A model generated the notes under the pieces. It was not told the DNA's origin. It did not search any database and was given only the letters and a program-made list of their open reading frames with translations. Shown piece by piece: positions 1-49,370 of a stretch of 64,000 nucleotides of DNA; position 1 is the first letter of the stretch, and each line of letters opens with the position of its first letter. The stretch is from Daphnia carinata (taxonomy: Eukaryota), in the NCBI RefSeq assembly GCF_022539665.2, contig NC_081331.1:13578001-13642000 (forward strand), read 5' to 3'. A program made the translations under genes and the position numbers.

Positions 1-142
1 ATCGACCGCGCCAAAGGCTTTTTTTGAACCTTTTTTTTCGCCATGCGTCTAAAGTCGTCAACTCACGAATAACCGCAGCTAACAGTTTGAACGAATATCA
101 ACAAAAAAAAAAGGGGGACAATGTGAAGCTCTCAGTGTTGGA

Positions 143-173
<31 letters not shown>

Positions 174-1778
174 CTCGTGTGCCACACATGCCATTAGACG
201 ATCGTCAATCTTTTTGTCAAAGCGAACGTTATCCACCAGTTTTGGATGCCGACCTTTTCGTAAAGAACTTCCCAATACGAGCATATAACCTACAAGTCAA
301 CAGCCGGGGATGATATATAAAGAAAAACAAAAAAAAAAAAACATTCTTCAATATCAGAACCTTGTTGCTTCATTTTGTTGTTGAAATTTTTTAGCGCAAC
401 AAGGAAAAACTGGCATCGATAAGGAAGCGATGATCGTTCGCCAATCAGCGTGATGCAAGGCGATGTCTTCACTATTAGCATTTTGGCGGCTGAGACATGT
501 TACTCTGGCTGGTATCGTTGGTTAATCAGCTATACGTCGACAAGTACTACATAGATAGGGGAAATAGCGTATCTGTTTTTTATGTGACAACAACGTTGAG
601 TGTCGTGCATCTCTTTGATGTACGCTGACAGTTCGGGCTGCCTTTAACGAGAAGATAACAATGTAAATGGATAGCTAAGGACACAGGGCCAAAGGCCATA
701 TATAGCGATTTTCTTTCCAGTGGGAAAAAAAAAAAAGAAAAACGAAGGGGGGGTGTGTTGCAATAGAACCGGAGAAGGGCAACGGAACGTGGATGAAACA
801 AAAGCAAATAATACCTACCGCGTGCTGTGACCTCCGCTGACAAATAGAGAAAAAAGAGGGACACATGAAAAAGAAAAAAGAAAAAAACCGGTGAGATAAG
901 AAGAAAAGAAAGAGACGAATTCATTCGGTATTCGCCTGGTTGACTCTTTGAATAAAAAAAAAAAAAAGAAGAAGACAAAGAGGAGGAGAGATGAAAAAAA
1001 AAAAGAATAAATGGCAAAGCGACACGGTAATCAGTGCACACGAAAGAAAGAAATAAAACTGGACGACCGGGTTATGTAAAGAGCGGCGGAAAAGAAAAGA
1101 ATATATTTTTAAAGAGAGCGCCTTTTAAGTTTTTTTGTTTTTTTGTTTTTTTTATTTTTATTTTCTTGTTGTTTTTGTCTTAGGGGAATGTCTCTTGTTT
1201 TTATTTTTCACGGGCTCAGCTCACGGTGGCAATCATTTTTCGTCTCTTGACACCGTTTCAGTTCGCTCCGCTTAACTTAAATTGCTCATTGCCGCGCTGC
1301 GTCGCTACCGCCACCATTTTTCGACGATGATGGAGTGAGGAATCCCTCATCATCAGCGTATTGCTGCTGTTATACGGTTAGAGAAAAAAAAACAGCAAAA
1401 TAAATGAGATGCGTGAAATGATTAGAATATCTCCTCCTACCGGCGACCACTCCCCCTCTAGAGAGAGCGAAATAAGTTGAAAGACTTCGAGTTGTTTTTA
1501 AAGTTACGTGAGACTCTTTCTCAATCGAGCTCAGCGTTTTAGCCCGATGGGTTGCCTAATTTTAATTGTTTGATAATTTGCGAGGGAGTATCGAAAAAAA
1601 AAAAAAAAAAAAAAAAGAAAAAAAATCATCATAATAATTAATTCGTGGCGTTAGGTTGTTGTTGTTATGTGAGCTGTGCCTATACTTGCGTGTCTCTATA
1701 TGCGGTTGGCTGCTTTGGTTAGTTGGCCCGTCGGTTTTGTGCTCCTAGGGTTTGGTTGGCTTGGCGCTGTGCGGTGCG

Positions 1779-1788
1779 TATATAAAAG
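1779..1788 (+). promoter_or_regulatory. candidate TATA box upstream of the 2871 exon
   Basis: TATATAAAAG in a GC-flanked context; no initiator at the ideal spacing. Confidence 0.35.
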
Positions 1789-2870
1789 AAGTTCGAGCTC
1801 GTTTGAAAAAAACCCACACCAGTCGATCCGGTCCAGTCGTCAGAGATCGACGTCTCTCTGAAATCGTCCCGTTCATTTTATTTTTGTGCCATTATTATTT
1901 TTTTTTTTTTTTTAAACTTAAAGTGTTTGTGTGAAAATTGAAGTGAGAGTTTGGATAATTGAGTCAGTTACGAGAATAACATCCAACTTTTGATTCATCG
2001 AAGAGAAGGGAGAGAAAGACTGGCGTCATGAATTTTTCCTCGGGACTCACGTGACGCTTGTCTCTTCATTTCAATTTCAAAAAAAGAAAGGGACAGGGAA
2101 AAAAAAAAAAAAAAGGGGGGGAACGCAGTGATCGTTTACGTTCAACACCTACTGAGCAATGCGCGATCCGGGTTCGTGACATTCCTTTCGCGGTGTTTCT
2201 CTATTTTTTTTTTTTTCAACTCTGAATAAGTCGTTGAATATAAATGACCCGAAGGAATACCTGAGATAGTAATGTCACCATCGTCTGCAGTGTGACAATA
2301 GGGCGCGGCAAGCACCCATTTCATTTCTTTCAATACCAAGTGAAACAAACAAAAAAAATAGTGCTCGTCAGGAAATCCCCCCCCCTATCCTTTTCAAATC
2401 CTAAACCCACCCAAGTTCTCAGGTGTTTGTGATTCGCTACGACGACCCTTTTATTACCTCACCCGCGTAAATATTTATGAATGTGTTTTATTTTTTCCTC
2501 CTTTTTTTTTTTTTTGTTAAATCGTGTTTGATACTTAAAAGAAGATATCGCCGCTCCTAGTGAAACAGAAGAGACGTGTTCGCGTGTCTATATGAAATTC
2601 TCGTAGTTCAATGTAGCAATCCACCTTTAACCCTGCAAAGCTGAGTTAATTCGTTGCCAATCAAGTGAAAAATGTGCCGGTCTCGTATGACTTCTATCTT
2701 GGAAATCGTGTTCCGCCATAAAATCCGTCCCATTATCTCCTTTCAACGCTGCGTTTAGCGTTTATAACACGTTTTGCGTTGGATTGCCTTTTTTTTTTTA
2801 TTTTGAAAAAAAAAAACAAAAAAAAAAAAAAAAAAAAAACGAGACCACACAGCCAAAAACAAAATTCCAT

Positions 2871-3001
2871 ATGGAACCCGAGCAACGTAAGCGCAAAGTG
2901 ACGGTGATTCACCATTCGATGATGTTGGCCAACAACAAGAGTCGTGGGCGGCGCTTCAGCGCGCCCAGCAAAATACGTCTCGGTGTCCAGCGTTTAAACA
3001 G
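2871..3001 (+). CDS. dnc: putative alternative first coding exon of a long dunce isoform (MEPEQRKRKV...RRFSAP...QRLN)
   Basis: ATG at 2871, 43 codons + AG|gtaaaa; phase 2 joins exon 13071 as S-FDVENG; coding-like island within A-rich DNA. Confidence 0.7.
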
Positions 3002-3115
3002 GTAAAATCAAAGCCAAGATTACGGTGAAGTTATCAAAACACGATTGAGAGCTACGCGGAGAAAAATATGATGCGCGTGACGGAAGCTGAGAGCATTGTC
3101 ATCTTCATGAGTAGG

Positions 3116-3146
<31 letters not shown>

Positions 3147-5311
3147 TTGCATAATGCAGTGGGTGGTTTGCGCGAGAAGAACAATCGACTCCCACACGTG
3201 ATGAATCGTCTATTGTTGACAATCAAAGTCTTTGTCTTCGTCGCCTGGGCGCATTTGACATGTAAAAAAAAAAAATACGGGTATCGTACAACTGATGTAC
3301 TCCTGCCGACTAGATTTTTCAAAATAATCAATATGGATGTCGTGATTGACGTTATTAGCGAACAGATTGATGGCTGCCGCCATCTGATTTTCTGGCCGTC
3401 TTTATCAACGTCGGCTGCAGACTGGCACAAGACAAATAGTTGGCAGTTTGCTCTCGCGACGCGCACAGCAGTTCATTAGCAAAAGAGAAATTAACTAAAT
3501 TAGCGTCGTGAACATCGTGAGCCACGGCTTTCGCTTCTTTGTCGTCTAATCGAGTGTATAATTTAATCAGGCGCCGCTTGCTTTCATCTGATGGAAAGAG
3601 AGAGAGAGAGAGAAGGAGGGACTTGATATGTCATTCGTCATATTACCGACTCTCCCCCCCCTTTTTTTTCTGAATTATTTTTTCCCGAGATTGTTATTCA
3701 ATCTATTAGAAATCGTTCGGTCGTTAATGTTTCTCAACCTTTTCTCTCTCTCAACATGTTTTTAAAGGACTCTTAACTCTCTTGCGATTGCACTCACGTG
3801 AGACTATCGTGACATTCCGATAGAGGATGGAAGCGCGTCCTTGATGATATCGTCATCGAAGGGTCTGAAAAGAAAGGTAGACAGTTGGGTCGAAAGAATG
3901 GAGCTAAAAAGAGAGATAGGTAGGATGGAAAGCGACTGATAGAATCTTATTATTTTTTTTTTTTTTTTCGGTGTGTGGCATTCTTCCGTTATTAGATGCA
4001 AACGGTACACAACATTCCTCGATAATTCCTGACGTGACTTCATGGGTCTCTTTTTTTTTTTTCACTCACGTTCGTTCTTCCCCGTCTCGGGTTAAATGGC
4101 TGCCGCCAGGTGTACAAACTATACATTGGCCACTTTATTTTCTTTCTTCTCGCTGTTTTCGGTCCGTCTTCAAACTTTTTTTTTTTTTTCCCCTCATCTT
4201 CTTCTTTTCGTTCGTTCATTCCTTTTTTTTTTTATGTCTGTCTGTGACGTGCAGCGTTATGTATAGTTGCGTGCAGCCATCTACTCACGTAGCGGATACG
4301 ATCCGAGCCTTTGCGCAAGTTTTTATATTTTCGGCGTTTCTTTTCTTTTCATTTCTTTTTTTTTTTCACATCGGCAAATGAAATTCTGGCGACCAAACAG
4401 CCCCATTATCCGTATGTAACATTTATAGTAACACAAACGTATTGAGAAAAAAGATACCCAATGCCGCCCCGTCGTTCATGTCTAAAAGCCCGCCAGTGAG
4501 CCATGCCCAGCAGCCACTCCATCATTATCTGATTTCAATCATTTTGGCCTTTTGATGTTGGCTGTGGTAGTTTGTTGTGTCTGATCCGTCCAATCCGTCT
4601 AGCCCGTCACATGTCCGTTTTTTTTTTTTTTTTTTTTTTTTGGCCTTCATCCTGGCCTCTCTGGCCGATGTTATTTTCAATCCGCCTGCCATCAACCCCG
4701 ACCGCCCACAGATCCCATCGCGCTATACTTGATAGCGCTTCTAACTTGCATATAGAATTCAAAGATATTTATTATCCCTGCATTTTTCATTCCATTTTTC
4801 CTTCCTATTTGTTTGTTAATCGCAACGTTTTGTCGGTAAATGAATTTTACAACGTTTCCATCATGGGCACAATCACACGCTCACTCAATATGTATGAGGA
4901 AAAACCGTGAGCATGTTATTATTTTAGTGTTCCATCTTTTTTTTTTTTTTTTTTGCTGGCTGGAATGTTATCTATTCGACTATTTTCTTGTTTGTTTTTT
5001 TTTTTTTGTCGAACAAAAAAATAAAGAGGTAAAGAAAATAGGGAGAGATAGTACATAGTAATGGATGATGATGATGCAGAGCGAACGAACTGCACGGACC
5101 AATGTCGGAACGTCCGTGATCTTACTCGTGACTTTAGGTTTTTTTTTTTTTTTTTGTCGTGTGTGTTTATTGTTGCTACGAGTCGAACGAGATGGTTTAT
5201 ATACACAGAGTACAGGCAACCTACTAATATTCTAGTCGACCTGCCGTCTTTCTTCTGAGTCTCTATTTATGAACTATTGGCGCAATTGCTGTATATTGAT
5301 GATTTCTATTT

Positions 5312-5312
<1 letters not shown>

Positions 5313-5378
<66 letters not shown>
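5313..5378. repeat. (CT)n microsatellite
   Basis: ~33 perfect CT units. Confidence 0.95.
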
Positions 5379-5380
<2 letters not shown>

Positions 5381-7239
5381 TTTCGATTTCTCGTTCATGT
5401 TTTTTTCCTTTTTTTTTTGTCTTGTTGTTTTTGTTTGGAAATTTGTGATTTATGGGTTTTCGAGGGTGCCGTCTTTGTTTCGAGGAGAGGCCATTTTTCT
5501 ACGCGGGAGATTTTATTTTTATTTTGTTTGGCCAATAAGGGACGTGAGCGCATGTTTACCAAACGTCTCTCTCTCTCTCAGCTTTTTTTTTTGTCCGCCC
5601 TGAAAAAAAAAAAAAAAAAAATCTTACGTATGTATGTATGTACATCGCTTATTTATTTTGGTGTACAGAGGAGCGCGCCGTTGGGCGACGCCCAACAATC
5701 AAACGCGCCAGGGAGGACCGAACCCATGTTACTTTACTATGCGAATAGATATATCTTGACAGCTACTAAAATAAATGAATTCAGCTTGATGATTGTGATT
5801 AAAAAGAAAAAAAAAATGGGAAAACATTTTTTTTTCATTGAATGATGGCAAACTTTTTCTTTTAGATTGAAAGGGGGGGGGGGACTTTTGAAAACGAAGG
5901 GAGGCTCATAGTTGACTTGTTCATTTCTCATTAAAAGGACCAGAAGTGTATGAAAAGAAAACTGATGGGCGCAATAGAAAGCTGGAAAGCTGTGCGCTCG
6001 TTTTCCATGTCAACCGTTCCTTGATTGTTCATTATATACGGGCCATCGTGCAGATATTTGCCCCAACGGAAAATGAAGAGACTGGAGTTAAGATTTTTAT
6101 TTTTTTTTTTGGCTATCCGAATTCCTTTCATTGACCAATGAAAGCTGATGAGAGCCGCCTTATCACATGTGGTCATGCTATATGGACTTGATTGATTTTT
6201 GTTCTGCCGCACTGGCCCTTTTTTCTTTTTCCACATCTGTCCTAACAGACATCGCAGATACTATTCTCCCCGTTTTAGCCTTGATAGAATTTTACCTGTC
6301 TTGTTTGTGTGTGCGCTCCATACTCTTGTTGTTACTCTTGACTGCCTGTTACTCATCTACAACGAACTGGCTTCGATCGAAGTTCTGTCCCTTGATACGC
6401 CTGGTTCATGTCTGTTCGTGGCATCATCTATAGAAACCCTCCTTCGCAGCTGTTGAGGGCGGAAGGAGGAGTTTCCGGGAGTGCCTAGTGACACATTCAA
6501 ATCCAATATAGTACTGATATCAGCTCGACTTAATAGCAGGAACCCAATGGGTGGAGCCTTTTTATTTTCTTTTCTTTTTTTCGAAGGGAAAAACCCTTAC
6601 GTCAGATGTAGAGTGCAAAAGAAATAACAGGGGCGCATTTGGTTTGTGTATACAACACTGTATAGAGCCTACGCAAGTTTACCTGGAATAAGGGTGTAGC
6701 TAAGGAAAAGAAGAAAACAAAAATCGAACCGAAACAAGCAAACAACAAGCGTGTGTGTGTGAGTGTGTGTGTGTGTGTGTGTGTAGAGTGAAGCCGACAA
6801 CGGCGGCAGGTCTCTTGAGAACATCACACGCAACCTGTCCGCGCTTTCCTGTTCCTGCGCTTCCCTGCTGTTCCCTCCCCTTTCGTCAGTTTGGCCCCCT
6901 CTTTCCGTACAGCAGCACGGGGGGAAGCTAGAGGAGGTCTTGTTTCGTTCCACTCTGGCAAAAAGCGCTTGTCAGTGTACGGCTGGGCGGAGAGCCTCCA
7001 ACAACCCAACTGTTTTGCCTCTCTCTCTATTTTTCATTTTTTTTTGCCCTTTATTTTGCCCCCCCCCCCCCCCCCCCGCCCGCCCTCTTGCAAATTCTTG
7101 TTTTCTTATTTTTGCTTTAGCGCTGGGACTCGTTACGAAGTGACTTTGGTGGTGTCGTTCAGGTGCTACATTCGTTTTTTGGCTGTTGTTGTTATTTGTG
7201 TTTGAATGTCACGCGATCGTGACCTCTTGTTGCGGTGCC

Positions 7240-7847
7240 ATGATGCTCCTGTGGGAAATGCTGTCCGGACGGCGGAATAAAAACAAAGACAAAGTTCGCC
7301 ATCAAGCTAATAGTAACAGTGGCGAAGTATCGACCACGGGCTCAACGGCCAGTGCTGTTGCCGTGTCTAGCGGATCGGCGTCGACGCCTCCGTCGTCGGT
7401 CACGGTCGTAAACATCGTCGGTCGTCACGACAAGCAGGACGAGGTCAACGTCGACAGCCTCAGAGTACATCACAATTCGGCGCGATCGGAATCGTTTTCG
7501 TCACCGCCGTCTCCGCATCCGCCCGGATCGGCGGCCATCGTGTCGTCGCTCTTTGAATTACCTCCGCCCAAACAACTGCCGACGCTCTTTCGGCCAGCCG
7601 TAGGCGGCACCGCGTTCGCTAATCGAACGCCTGATTCGATCAAATTGTTTAAAAACTCGGTCCTTTCTCGACGTCATTCCACGTCGGCCGGACTCAGTCC
7701 CGGATTACTCGGTTGTCCGTCCACTTTGGGCGGCGGTGGCGTCGCTGCCATTGCTGGTGGTGGGGGTAATAATGCCCCCCAGCGAGCTAGGCGTCGCCGT
7801 GGCGAGGACGCTCAACGTTACTCGGACCGGAGGCGACAGCAACACAA
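7240..7847 (+). CDS. dnc: putative alternative first coding exon of a long dunce isoform (Ser/Pro/Gly-rich N-terminus)
   Basis: GC-rich open frame MMLLWEMLSGRRNKNK...RRHSTS...RRRQQH; best phase-2 donor AA|gtacaa lies where composition turns AT-rich; donor is weak so the 3' end is uncertain. Confidence 0.6.
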
Positions 7848-8384
7848 GTACAAATACGTAAAAATATATCGATGGCGGATATATAGTCTTGGCTTTACAC
7901 AAAAATCGATGGTTGCAATGCTATTTGTTCTCATTTCCAAACGAAACGTTCGGTCGAGCAAAAAAAAGCCTTGGGAAATGGGCATGTCGGGGCTTATGGT
8001 TTGGAAAACAAGGATGAAACACGGGTTGTTAACGCTACGCGTTGAGGTTCGTGAAATAGAGAGGATGTGAAGGTCAGTGTAATATGGTGAGTAGTGGTAC
8101 AGTTTTACAGATTGAAGTTTTGACATTTTGATTCGACTGGCCGAACTCTTTGGCGAAATGCTCTTCCGCTAAATGTCGCTCTCCAGTCTCCGTTGACGGT
8201 CTGCAGGAAATGAAGCATCGAGCGTAACAGATTGCAGCCGAGAGGGGCGTGCGAAAGAGGATTTTGGATGGCAGGCTTTTTGATCGAATAAACGCTTCAC
8301 GAATTTTGACATTGTGACGGCAGTGGTTAGTTTGCTAGACAACGCAGCTCGTCTCTTGTGGACGTGTCTGTCAAGTTCGGATAA

Positions 8385-8443
8385 ATGGACAGGCTTAACC
8401 CTAATCGCCGTTGCACAGCGCCGATCAACAGCATCCCGCACTC
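8385..8443 (+). CDS. dnc: possible short alternative first coding exon (MDRLNPNRRCTAPINSIPH)
   Basis: in-frame TAA directly before ATG; 19 codons + TC|gtaaga; phase 2 gives S-FDVENG. Confidence 0.4.
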
Positions 8444-11400
8444 GTAAGAGCTCGAGACGTCCGGCATCCGGCGGCAAGAGCAACGTCTAAATCCCTCGAA
8501 TGGTTTCCTCTTCATATTTATTTTTATTTGTTTGTTTGTTTTTTTGTTGGGGGGGGGTGGGGGGGTGGGAGCTATGTTGGTTATTCCGCTGGATATCATA
8601 ATTTATCATCCGTTACTCTGAAAGGCATGGTGCGCCATCTATTGGAGAAGACGCTGGTGCTATAACGACGAATCTTACGGGTTAAAGTTTCTTCATGACT
8701 ACCTTCACCAGAGCGCCACAATGACACGTTTCATTTGTTGTCTCTTCTCTCGATTCTTTAGATCTCTTATTTCTAGTTTTTACAACTTAGCAAAGGACCC
8801 TAGCTCAATCGACGTTTTGAGACGAGTAGGCCGATAAAAGTGATCCCTTTAGAATAAAGAGAGAAAATAAAAATATCCTGGGAAAAAGGGAAGGGCCTAA
8901 GAAGGGAAATTGCAAGCCAAACAAACGATGTACACAACAGTGACAGGACCTCGTCACGTGAATATAAGGAAATGTCAACATTGTCTGCTCTCTTATTCCT
9001 GTCGTGAGCCGTGGCCGTTGTTGATGCGCGACGGTGAAACCCACCCACCCGATTTCCAGTCACTCAACTCCGCCCAACCGACCGCACAACTCGACAGCCT
9101 ACAGCTTAGACACACAAGTCATCTAGAAATCAATAAGTCATCGAATCGCACTAAAAGCAGCATTAGTTCCCTTTTTTTTTTCTATATGTCTCTTTCTACA
9201 AATCAAATACGTTCAAGCTCTTTCGATAAAGTTGAGTAAGATGAAGGCGGATTATAGCTCAGCTTATCCGCCACCGCCGCCCTTAATGAAAAAGAAAAAA
9301 GAGGGTTCGAAATCCCTTTGATTATATAAATATCTAGCGTTGCGTGCCATTCACTTTTTATTTAATATTCCGGCCGCAAATGAGAAATATCTTATTTATC
9401 GCAGACGATGTTGTTTTGGTATATACCGTTGCCATGGAACGTATTTTTTTTTTGTATATTTAATTAATTTCGTCATTCCCTCTCATTGTGAAATCTCCGT
9501 TTTTTTGTGAGCCGTTCCTCGCTTGATGTCATCACTGACTACACAGTGACCCACGGCCATCTGTTATTCAAGTGACGTCTTGTCGTATTGTTGTACTACG
9601 ACATTGGCAATCAAAAGTGTCCCAACAGAGACGATTAATCTGCTTTCATATTTGGTCAACCCTGACAGTCGAGCGGATTTATTGACATTTATTTTTTTAT
9701 ATTCTACATATTCATTTTTATTCTTTTTTTTCGCCTTTTATTATTCCAATGGGCATCATGTCGTTTATTATATATGTCGATCCTAGAATGGAATGGTGGA
9801 TTCGCTTTATGTGTTTCTTGTGTGTCTCTGGAGAAGCTTCGCGTATCTGGGCTTTTAGGTTTAACCTGATATTCCCTAAATGGAGATCTCGCAGTTCCTG
9901 CTCTTATTTTTTTTTTGTCGTATCGATTACTTTTTCGCTGTTCCATGCTATTTGTGCAGTGCAACGTTGACGTGCTCACTCTTACGATCTTCTTATTAAG
10001 TTTAAGCCAAGCTAGCCCTTTCTAATACGAAGATATTGCGGCCAGTTTTTATGAGGTTTTTGGATTTCCCTTGCAACACTCGTTTCATGGCATCCCAACA
10101 TTTTAGGAGGTCATATCGCATCGAGTCTCAAACGGATTGGTCAACGCCGTACCGACGGCCTGGCTGGACCATCAGCTCACGATTGCACGAGTATTGTTTG
10201 TTCTTTAAGGCGTGCGTGACTCTTTTGTTTAGTCGTTCAATGTTAATTGGTTATTCCTTCTTCCGTTTTGATAAATAGCCTCGTCAATTTTCTACCCATG
10301 CCCAAGTAGGACGCCCCTGCGCGCTTCCTTGGACAGTCGTTGCGAGTCATATGAAATGAACCTTATTATTGGCCTGCTTTAGGCCCTTCATAGTGTTTAC
10401 TCTGGGTGGGATGGAAAGGGAATCAACGATCATTGTGAGAAAATGTAAGCTTTTATATCCGCCAGACTTTTTTATGAGATTGTTTTAAGAGGCGTCTATC
10501 GATTGTTAACACAGCGTATTGTTAGCGGAGTCCTGGAGAAGAGGCGGGCTTTGTAGACGCATACCACCTGCTTCTGCCATGTCACACTGGCTTTGACAGC
10601 AACTTCTTTTTCTTTTTTTAAGTTTCTATTTTGAAAAGAAAAACAATCATCAGAGAGAGCGGCACAAATTCTGTGTATATTTACACAATGCGTTGTGCAG
10701 AAAGAGTATCCATGGATACATTGATTACGGCGTGAAACTTTCTGCACGTCGAGGTGCGCGCGCATCCTACCAAACGGTCCCACTGTCGACGGAGAGATGG
10801 CTCTCTCAGTTTGTTTGCACCCCTCCTTTATCTGTGTGTGTGAAAAAAAGAATCGGCTGGCAAAGTTAGAAATGTTTCCCTCTAGTAGAGCCGTTTCGCT
10901 GGAAATCCGTTGTGATTTTCCAGTCCAGTGAAATCATAAAGGTAATAAATGACTGATGGCCTGGAATAAGGCTCTTTGTTTCCTTACGTGATGCATTATC
11001 TTTGTTTTGTTCTTTTTTGGTACTCTGACGTTTGGGTAATGAGTTCCAAGTCAATCTCGAGATAAACAACTGGTACAGCATTACTTCACGTAACCTTTTA
11101 CACAACATTTGCGTTTATTATTCAAACTCAAGTAATCTGCACATGGTTGGGTACTCGGATTGTCTTTGGTAGTCGTGAGAATTAAACGAAAAGACTAAGT
11201 AATTTTTGAAGAACATCAGATTGCTTGAGAGATGTACTCAGTGCTATCGAATCGGCTGATAACGTCAAGGAGTTTCTTCCCCTCTCCGAAACAAACGAAC
11301 ATAGTCGAGTTATCCGAGAAGAGATATCCCGTCATTGTTTGGCTCTCTTTGTCTCTCTCGCCCCATTTTGCTTCTTTTGTACATACCATCATCCACCGAC

Positions 11401-13070
11401 GATGGCCCCCATCGTAAGATGTTCGTGATCTTGTTTCTCTTCTTATTGGCTAGAGCTGCTCCAACTGAGCCACTTAAAAGATTCGATAAATCCTCTTTCT
11501 CACTTTGATGTTCGTATTCCGATGTCCATGTCTAGTTCCTCAATTCTACTTCACTCTCGGCTTTTGTTCGTTTAATATCGTTCTGTCACGTCGGTAAATT
11601 CAGATTATGTCAGACATATCCCCGAGGTTCTTGTAACTACGCTTGTGACGTGAATTCCGTGTTGTAACTCATCTCGTATTCATAAAAGTAGGACCTTATT
11701 AAGTTGGCATAGAAACGAAGCTAGAGCCGGTTTCAATACTCCTGATATTGCGATTTCCTTGTCGTTTATTGGCGTAATATTTTCATTACATACAATTTAA
11801 TGACGCCGCAGAAGAGTAAACAAGGCTTTGAAGGAAAAAGGTTGTCTCGAACGAGCAGCCTTTCTTAAATTAAGAGCCGTATTTTTACATATTGTCGTAC
11901 ATTCGGGCAAAACAAACTTGTGCTCGCTATTCTAACGCAAACAAGAAACGTACGCTCCCCAAGATGTTATCGAAGAATCTAGCCGGGCAGATTTAATTGC
12001 AAACTTCATAACAAACCCCGCAAGCGTTGTTCGTCATAACTCGATTAATTTTTTTACTGCGTTAGCTACCGTGTTAGCAGAGCATTACCATTAAAAAAAA
12101 AAAACTCTGGGGAGTTTGCTCGTGTGCAAAAAGAACGAACCAATGGCATCGAAACGGATCGCTATGGGGTTACAGAGTACGATATAATCGGCCCGATGGG
12201 GTTCACGACCCCTTTGGTTGAGCTTATGTTCTCTACTCTTTTCTACTTTGATTGTAAACAACATTCGAAAAACACACCGTTGTCACGGCAGCCACGGTCC
12301 TTGCTCTCACCGAAGACTAGTTCAGACCATCTCTCCCACGTAGCCCACAAAACTTGTGTTGTGTATATAAACGAATCATGTAAGCGTTCTTTTTCGTTTT
12401 ATGCATTTCAAAAAGAATTGAAGTGTGTGCGTTAGACGCCATCGTATGTCCCGACAAACAACCAGCTTGGTAATTCGAATCTTGAAAAACTAAATAGCCG
12501 AGAACGAAAGCTTTTCATTTATCGTTGCGAGATGCCGTGTTTTTTTTTTTTCTTTCTTCTATTATCTCATTACAACTTGTTACAGACGTCATTTAGAAGG
12601 CACTTATCTGCTCTTCTTTCTTTTATGGCATCTTCTCCTTTTTGTCCTCCTGTAAGCTCGTACAGCTCTCCACCGTCCACGTTCCTATTCATCTCTTGTT
12701 GGTCTAATGTTTGTTGACCATTTTCTCTTGTTGTCACGTTCAAGCATTGCCGTCAGTTCATTTTCTCATCTTTTCTTCTGGTCCTTAGCGACAGTAGCCG
12801 TTGCCCCAGAGATTGCTGGTTATACAACCTTAAACGCTAAGGACCGTTCATAGACATCGTAATGTTACCTCTTGTAACAACCACTTGTTTTCTCTCAACT
12901 CCCTTACATTACGATAGACAATTTATTTTATTATGGCGGCCGGGTTGGATGTGCACGTCATTATGCGCTTGTTTAAAAAGAATTGGGAATTGAACAAAAA
13001 CAAATTGTCGTACTTCGAACAGTCTCGAATTATGAACTAACTATTTTTTTTAAATTTTTAATTGATACAG

Positions 13071-48029
<34,959 letters not shown>

Positions 48030-49370
48030 ATAGCTTGAACCGTTGAGTTCTATTCGTCTCCAGGTATCGCTTCTCTTTCTAACGTTTACTGCTAACACGT
48101 ACACACCCCAACAAACAGAAAACAAAGCAAAAACAAACAAAAAAAAAAAAAACATAAAAAAAATAATAAAAATAAAAAAAAATAAAAAATAAAATAAAAA
48201 ATATATATACATATATATAATAACAACAATAAATAAAAAAAAGATACACGAAAAAAAACAAAACAAAGGAAACAAAACAAGTAAACCAAAGACAAAAAAG
48301 AAAAAAAAATCTACATGGAATTTCCTTGTGGCCATGAGGAAACCCGCAAGTGGGATCACAATTGGATGGCGTTCTAAATCATCCATACGTTTAACACTCA
48401 CGTGGAAATTCATCATCAGTTCTATACAAATATCATGTTATTGTACAACCACCTTCCGGAATGTCGGGGTAGAGCAGACTCTGCTGCTGTGGGTCATTCG
48501 ACTTTCGACCACATCTTCGTACGCTTAAAAAACTCAAGTGATGGCGTTTCTTCTTTTAAGATACTATTGCTGACTTTATATTATATTGACTGTATTTTTA
48601 AAGTGAAATCAATTCATCAAAAGTGTTTCCCTATTTGTAGAGCGAGGAGACAGACGAGAGAGAGAGAAAAAGATCCTTATTATTCCTGTGCATTAGTTTT
48701 TGATTAACAGCGTCGGTACGAATTGTTTCGCTATTGATTGGGTTTAACTCGAAATGATTTTTTAATATTTATCTTAAGTTAGAAAGAATTCAAAATCAAA
48801 TGAAATTATTAGTGACCTATACAGTTTATAATCTATCCACACTCTCTCCTACCCTTGTCCTCACAAAAAGGCAGCTGGTACTGTTCGACCTGGGAAAAGA
48901 GGGGATTATTAAAAGGCATTTAAAAACATTTCTCGTAGTAAAACCGACAGACAAAACAAATGTCTCAATGCTATTCACATTACACAGTGCTTATACCCGT
49001 TGCAAACTCTCCTTTTGTGTGCGAGAGGAATTAGAAAATGGGGTGCCAATAATTGAAAGACGGCTAGATACATCGGTCCTTATCTCATTTCGATATACCC
49101 TCTGAGCAATTATCATCGGCCGTTGCCAAAATTTGACGTTACATTTAAAAACCCAGTTGTTATTCAACACAATTTTTGTTATAACTGTTTGTTTTTGTTT
49201 CTTCTGGTTATCAAATTTCCCCCCTCACGACGATGCAGCTTTACACCATCCTGCCACGATACACGTATGTGTACTATGCTATACCGTACGCAAGATTTGG
49301 ATTTTTCAGGTCCCATTTTTTTGTGAGGTTTTTTTTTTTTTTAAATTTGTTTCTGTATTCTCGTAATAAA
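48030..49370 (+). other. probable dunce 3' UTR up to a candidate polyadenylation signal
   Basis: follows the stop; A-rich tract ~48110-48310; AATAAA at 49365-49370; could end earlier or extend to ~50100. Confidence 0.4.

Noticed and set aside
9246..9272. Small hairpin GGCGGAT...ATCCGCC
   Set aside because: A 7-bp stem is expected by chance and is too short for a pre-miRNA.
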